Made by a program: the position numbers and the translations under genes. From PVC group bacterium (GTDB taxonomy: Bacteria; Omnitrophota; Gorgyraeia; B26-G9), in the NCBI GenBank assembly GCA_024231215.1, contig JAAEQR010000195.1:78755-142754 (forward strand): a DNA stretch of 64,000 nucleotides. Direction: 5' to 3'. Positions within the stretch are counted from its first letter, which is position 1, and the number at the start of each line of letters is the position of its first letter. Below the pieces are notes generated by a model. That model made no database searches, was not told the DNA's origin, and saw only the letters and a program-made list of their open reading frames with translations. Below are positions 59,753 to 64,000 of the stretch, piece by piece.

Positions 59753-60997
59753 ATGGAAAAAGTTATTCTGGTTACAGTCAAACTTACAGATAGATCCGAG
59801 GCGTGGTCATTAGAAGAGCTTAGTGATGAACTGCGGCTTCTTACCAAAACCGTATGCGCGGATATTGTTGCCGAAATTACCTGCAATCGCAAGTCACCAG
59901 ATCCTTCCTTATATATAGGGAAGGGAAAAGTCAAAGAAATTGCCACAATCGTAAAACAGGAAAAGGCCCAGACAGTTATTTTCAATAATGACCTTTCCCC
60001 TACCCAACAGCGAAATTTAGAAGAATTGCTCAAAGTGAAGACTATTGATCGCACTCAGTTGATCCTGGATATCTTTGCGCGTCATGCCAAAAGTCAGGAA
60101 GGAAAGACCCAGGTTGAGTTGGCCCAATTACAATATTTATTACCCCGATTATCCGGAGAGGGAATTGCGTTGTCTCGGTTGGGCGGAGGTATTGGTACTC
60201 GCGGTCCGGGGGAGCAAAAACTGGAGATTGACCGTCGGCGGATCAGGAAACGCGTAGTTCATTTAAAAGAAGATATTAAGGCTATGGGGCTCCGACGTTT
60301 TGCTTTGAGGAAAAAGCGGATTGATAATGCTTTACCCACAGTTGCATTGGTGGGGTATACGAATGCTGGCAAATCTACGTTACTTAATTCTCTTACCGGT
60401 GCAGGTGCTAAAATGAAAAATGAGATGTTTAGTACTCTTGATCCGATCACTCGCAAATTTGTACTTCCTGATAGCGGCCAAAATATTTTATTTTCAGATA
60501 CAGTTGGATTTTTGCATAAATTACCGCATCATTTGATTGACGCGTTTAAAGCTACGTTGGAGACGGTAGCCGAGGCTGATTTACTGCTTATTGTTTTAGA
60601 TGCTGCCAGTGAAAAGATGCAGCAGCATAGCGATGCAATATGGGAAGTCTTATCTGAGCTTAAAGCCCAGGATAAACCGGTTATTTATGTGTTAAATAAG
60701 ATTGATAATCTAGATAATGATACTCTTCTGGAGCAGTTTAAACTTAAAATAGAAAAAAGCATTTCGATTTCAGCTAAACAGAAGATTAATCTGGAGATGC
60801 TTATTAAACAGATTGAGAGTAGCTTATTTGACTTGATTACAGAAGTAAACGTGTTTATCGAGCACTCTAAAATGAAGATACTTAATTATATCCATGAACA
60901 TGGCAAAGTTGATGTTTGTGAATATACAGAAAACGGCGTTCAAATACAGGCAAAACTACCGATTCCGCTAGCCAAGAAAGTCCTCTCCGAAATATAA
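59753..60997 (+). CDS. hflX: GTPase HflX
   Basis: N-terminal HflX domain and G-domain motifs GYTNAGKST, DTVGF and NKID. Confidence 0.85.
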   Translation: MEKVILVTVKLTDRSEAWSLEELSDELRLLTKTVCADIVAEITCNRKSPDPSLYIGKGKVKEIATIVKQEKAQTVIFNNDLSPTQQRNLEELLKVKTIDRTQLILDIFARHAKSQEGKTQVELAQLQYLLPRLSGEGIALSRLGGGIGTRGPGEQKLEIDRRRIRKRVVHLKEDIKAMGLRRFALRKKRIDNALPTVALVGYTNAGKSTLLNSLTGAGAKMKNEMFSTLDPITRKFVLPDSGQNILFSDTVGFLHKLPHHLIDAFKATLETVAEADLLLIVLDAASEKMQQHSDAIWEVLSELKAQDKPVIYVLNKIDNLDNDTLLEQFKLKIEKSISISAKQKINLEMLIKQIESSLFDLITEVNVFIEHSKMKILNYIHEHGKVDVCEYTENGVQIQAKLPIPLAKKVLSEI

Positions 60998-61011
60998 ATT
61001 TTTTGTAAAAC

Positions 61012-61046
61012 CCTCTTGACAGGCATTTATTTATTTGATATATTAG
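61012..61046 (+). promoter_or_regulatory. sigma70-type promoter of the hrcA operon (TTGACA-17-TATATT)
   Basis: Direct reading of the sequence. The -10 abuts the CIRCE element. Confidence 0.6.
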
Positions 61047-61069
61047 CACTCTGAATGCGAGAGTGCTAA
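61043..61069 (+). promoter_or_regulatory. CIRCE operator (HrcA binding site)
   Basis: TTAGCACTC-N9-GAGTGCTAA, a perfect match to the CIRCE consensus. Confidence 0.9.
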
Positions 61070-61099
61070 ATGTAAGTTTGGATTTCAAAAGGCAGAATT

Positions 61100-62152
61100 A
61101 TGACTGTAGATATACAATCAAGAAGAGATAAAATACTTAGGGTTATTATTAATACCTATATAAATTCCGGTAATCCGGTAAGCTCAAGATCGGTATGTTC
61201 TCATTCCCGACTTGGGTTATGTTCTGCGTCGATCCGGAATGTTATGGCGGACTTAGAAGATATGGGAATGATAACTCACATGCATACATCTGCGGGCAGG
61301 GTGCCGACGGATAAAGGATATCGTTTTTATGTAGATGAGCTTTTAGACAATGCCGGACTTACTTCGAATGAACAGCAGAATATAAGCAAGGGTCTTATTG
61401 ATCGCCAGCTGATTTTAGAAGAAATTATTTCTAAGACTTCTAAGGTTCTTTCTGATTTTACAAAATACGCCGGAGTAGTTTCACATCCGGTGATTAAAAG
61501 AAGTTATTTTAAGCGTATTCAGTTTACTCCATTAGGGGAAGGCAAGATCTGCGTGACCTTGATTGCTAATACCGGAGTGGCTAAAAACTCGGTAGTTTCT
61601 TTAGGTTTTAAAATCCAAAAAGACAGTTTAAAGCGTATTGAAAACTTCATGAACAGTCAGTTAGAAAACGTACCTCTTAGTCAGATAAAGTCGAAATTAC
61701 GCCGGATGATGATTGAAGAACGAAATTCGTTCTTTTATATATTAAAGCAGGCAGCAGAACTTATTGATTTGAGCTTGTTGGTAAATGAAGATACCCGGGT
61801 TTATTTTGAAGGCTTAAGTAATATTCTTGATTTTCCGGAATTTGGAGAATCTGAAGTTATGCGGTCGTTAATAAAAGTTTTAGACCAAAAAAAGACATTA
61901 GCTGATTTAGTTCAGGATATTGTGGATGAAGAAGTTTCCAGTAAGAGGGTAAGAGTTTATATCGGCAAGGAAAACCCACATAGCTTTATGGGCGATTGCA
62001 CAATAATTCTTACCAGATATAAAATTGACGATGAAACAGTCGGCGGATTAGGAATTATCGGTCCTAAACGCATGAATTATGGTAAAACGATTGCTACGGT
62101 TGAGTATGTCTCTGATATTTTGAGCGAGATGTTGACTGAGCTTAGTATTTAA
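61100..62152 (+). CDS. hrcA: heat-inducible transcription repressor HrcA
   Basis: 350 aa. N-terminal winged-helix (ILRVIINTYINSGNPVSSRSV). The operon context hrcA-grpE-dnaK supports the call. Confidence 0.85.
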   Translation: MTVDIQSRRDKILRVIINTYINSGNPVSSRSVCSHSRLGLCSASIRNVMADLEDMGMITHMHTSAGRVPTDKGYRFYVDELLDNAGLTSNEQQNISKGLIDRQLILEEIISKTSKVLSDFTKYAGVVSHPVIKRSYFKRIQFTPLGEGKICVTLIANTGVAKNSVVSLGFKIQKDSLKRIENFMNSQLENVPLSQIKSKLRRMMIEERNSFFYILKQAAELIDLSLLVNEDTRVYFEGLSNILDFPEFGESEVMRSLIKVLDQKKTLADLVQDIVDEEVSSKRVRVYIGKENPHSFMGDCTIILTRYKIDDETVGGLGIIGPKRMNYGKTIATVEYVSDILSEMLTELSI

Positions 62153-62168
62153 GAAAGTTGATAAGACT

Positions 62169-62735
62169 ATGAAGAAAAAACCTAAAAATGATGAACAAGA
62201 AGAACAGGCTGAGTTGGAAACAAAAATTCCTGAGGTTCAGGAGGAAGAATCTGTAACTATTCCTAAAGCAGAGTATGAGGTGTTAAAGCATCAGGAACAG
62301 ATCGCAACTGAACGTATTGCTCGTATTCAGGCGGACTTTGATAATGCTCGCAAACGTATGGAACGTGATAAACTGGATTTTTTGCGGTTTTCAGAAGAGA
62401 ATATAATTTCTGAGCTAGTTCCGTTCATTGATGATTTTCAGCGTGCGTTTGCTGCGGCAGATAAGACAAAAGATTTTGATGTTCTGCACAAGGGAGTGGA
62501 AATGATCTTAAATCACCTGCTTGAGCTTTTAAAGAAAAAAGGAGTTAAGCCGATTGAAGCCGAAGGTAAGCTATTTGATCCTGCATATCATGAGGCAATG
62601 ATGCAGGTTGAATCAGAAGAACATCCGGAGAATACAGTTATTGAAGAATTGCAAAAAGGGTATATGTTGAATGATAAGGTTTTGCGTACAGCAAAAGTAA
62701 AGGTTAGTAAACAAACAGAAGAAGAAAAGGAATAA
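62169..62735 (+). CDS. grpE: nucleotide exchange factor GrpE
   Basis: 188 aa. Acidic N-terminus, coiled-coil, and a C-terminal beta domain. Confidence 0.85.
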   Translation: MKKKPKNDEQEEQAELETKIPEVQEEESVTIPKAEYEVLKHQEQIATERIARIQADFDNARKRMERDKLDFLRFSEENIISELVPFIDDFQRAFAAADKTKDFDVLHKGVEMILNHLLELLKKKGVKPIEAEGKLFDPAYHEAMMQVESEEHPENTVIEELQKGYMLNDKVLRTAKVKVSKQTEEEKE

Positions 62736-62754
62736 AAACAGGAGGGGAAATATC

Positions 62755-64000
62755 ATGGGAAAAGTAATTGGAATTGATTTAGGAACATCAAACTCAGCGG
62801 CATCTGTTTTAGAAGGAGGCAGACCGGTAATTATTCCTTCTGCGGAAGGAACAACCGTAGGCGGAGGAAAAGCATTTCCTTCTTATGTGGCATTTACAAA
62901 AGACGGACAGAGATTAGTTGGTGAGCCGGCACGTCGTCAGGCAGCGATTAATCCAACCGGTACAATCGTAGCGGCAAAAAGAAAAATGGGTATGGATTAT
63001 AAATTCGAAGCGCATGGACAGTCGTTCACTCCGCAGCAGATATCTGCGTTTATCTTGCAAAAGATCAAACAGGATGCCGAAGCATATTTGGGCGGTACGG
63101 TCGAAGAAGTTGTAGTTACTGTGCCGGCGTATTTTGATGACAATCAGAGAACCGCGACGATTGATGCAGGAGAAATTGCCGGGCTTAAAGTATTGCGTAT
63201 TATCAACGAGCCGACTGCTGCATGTCTTGCTTACGGTATGGATAAATCAGGAGCAGCAGAACAGAAAATAATGGTGTTTGATTTAGGCGGCGGAACATTA
63301 GATGTAACAGTTATGGAAATGGCTGAAGGTGTATTTGAAGTAAAATCAACACATGGAGATACTCAGCTTGGCGGAACCGATATGGATAACGCAGTGCTGA
63401 ATTATATTGCGGATGAGTTTAAAAAAGCAGAAGGACTTGATTTGCGTAATGATAAAATGGCGATGCAGAGATTACGCGAAGCTGCGGAAAAAGCAAAGAT
63501 TGAACTTTCAAGCACATTGACTACAGATCTTAATCTGCCGTTTATTACCGCAGATAGCACCGGTCCAAAACATCTTACGATGAGTCTTAATCGTGCAAAG
63601 TTAGAAGAACTTGTCGCGCCGATTATTGATCGTTGCAGTTCTCCAATGAAAGAGGCGATTAGTGATGCAAAGCTTGCTCCGAATCAGATTGATAAGATCA
63701 TCATGGTTGGCGGACCTACTCGGATGCCGATTGTTCAGAAGTTTGTAGAAGACTTTGTCGGTAAAAAGATTGAGCGTGGAATTGATCCTATGGAATGTGT
63801 GGCGATGGGCGCGGCGATTCAGGCAGGGATTATTAAAGGTGATGTGAAGGATGTTTTATTACTTGATGTTACTCCTCTTTCACTAGGGATTGAAACACTG
63901 GGTAGTGTTTGCACAAAATTAATTGAAAGAAATACAACAATTCCGACGAAAAAAAGCCAAGTGTTTTCAACCGCTGCAGATAACCAGTCAGCAGTAACGA
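62755..64000 (+). CDS. dnaK: molecular chaperone DnaK, N-terminal part (continues past the window end)
   Basis: [22 protein letters not shown] and IINEPTAAC Hsp70 signatures. RBS AGGAGGGG. Confidence 0.9.
   Translation, partial: MGKVIGIDLGTSNSAASVLEGGRPVIIPSAEGTTVGGGKAFPSYVAFTKDGQRLVGEPARRQAAINPTGTIVAAKRKMGMDYKFEAHGQSFTPQQISAFILQKIKQDAEAYLGGTVEEVVVTVPAYFDDNQRTATIDAGEIAGLKVLRIINEPTAACLAYGMDKSGAAEQKIMVFDLGGGTLDVTVMEMAEGVFEVKSTHGDTQLGGTDMDNAVLNYIADEFKKAEGLDLRNDKMAMQRLREAAEKAKIELSSTLTTDLNLPFITADSTGPKHLTMSLNRAKLEELVAPIIDRCSSPMKEAISDAKLAPNQIDKIIMVGGPTRMPIVQKFVEDFVGKKIERGIDPMECVAMGAAIQAGIIKGDVKDVLLLDVTPLSLGIETLGSVCTKLIERNTTIPTKKSQVFSTAADNQSAVT

Noticed and set aside
59545-60054. 169-aa minus-strand ORF
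   Set aside because: It lies fully inside or antisense to the well-supported hflX gene and the end of the upstream ORF. It has no RBS and no recognisable family.

Overview
This reads as a chromosomal, mostly metabolic window from an AT-rich bacterium, with no mobile elements or CRISPR arrays. About 60 genes lie almost entirely on the + strand, with canonical TTGACA-17-TATAAT-like promoters and Shine-Dalgarno sites. The genes fall into five blocks. (1) A nitrogen/NADPH block: gltB (3' end), gltD, an unusual rho, nfnAB-like transhydrogenase, a Cys-rich ORF, icd and gdhA. (2) An MBOAT plus SGNH O-acyltransferase pair. (3) A glutamine-amidotransferase array of carA, two tandem full-length carB paralogs, purF, a UPF0371/DUF1846 protein, pyrG and a GAF-ANTAR regulator. 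It is followed by a tiny lysine-rich tandem-repeat protein and a long untranslated stretch. (4) Housekeeping genes (rluA-like, uppP, glgC, Na/Pi cotransporter, mgtE, TrmH-family methyltransferase), a tRNA-Pro/Arg/His cluster, and an NMO-PilZ-nitroreductase trio. (5) A large HEAT-repeat exported protein, a trehalose/alpha-glucan block (beta-PGM::T6PP fusion, GH65 phosphorylase, treZ, GH57, treY, malQ), an exported protein with a C-terminal amino-methyltransferase-like domain, hflX, and a CIRCE-controlled hrcA-grpE-dnaK operon. The most unusual items are a Rho that has lost its entire N-terminal RNA-binding domain, the single carA followed by two carB copies with divergent allosteric domains, the glutamine-enzyme supercluster containing an uncharacterised UPF0371 protein, the roughly 64-70 aa protein made almost entirely of (V/A)(A/V)KKK repeats encoded by an 11x15-bp tandem array, and a Rv2006/OtsB1-like domain set split across two genes. 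No defence island or mobile element was seen. All calls are from reading the sequence and ORF translations only; no searches were run.
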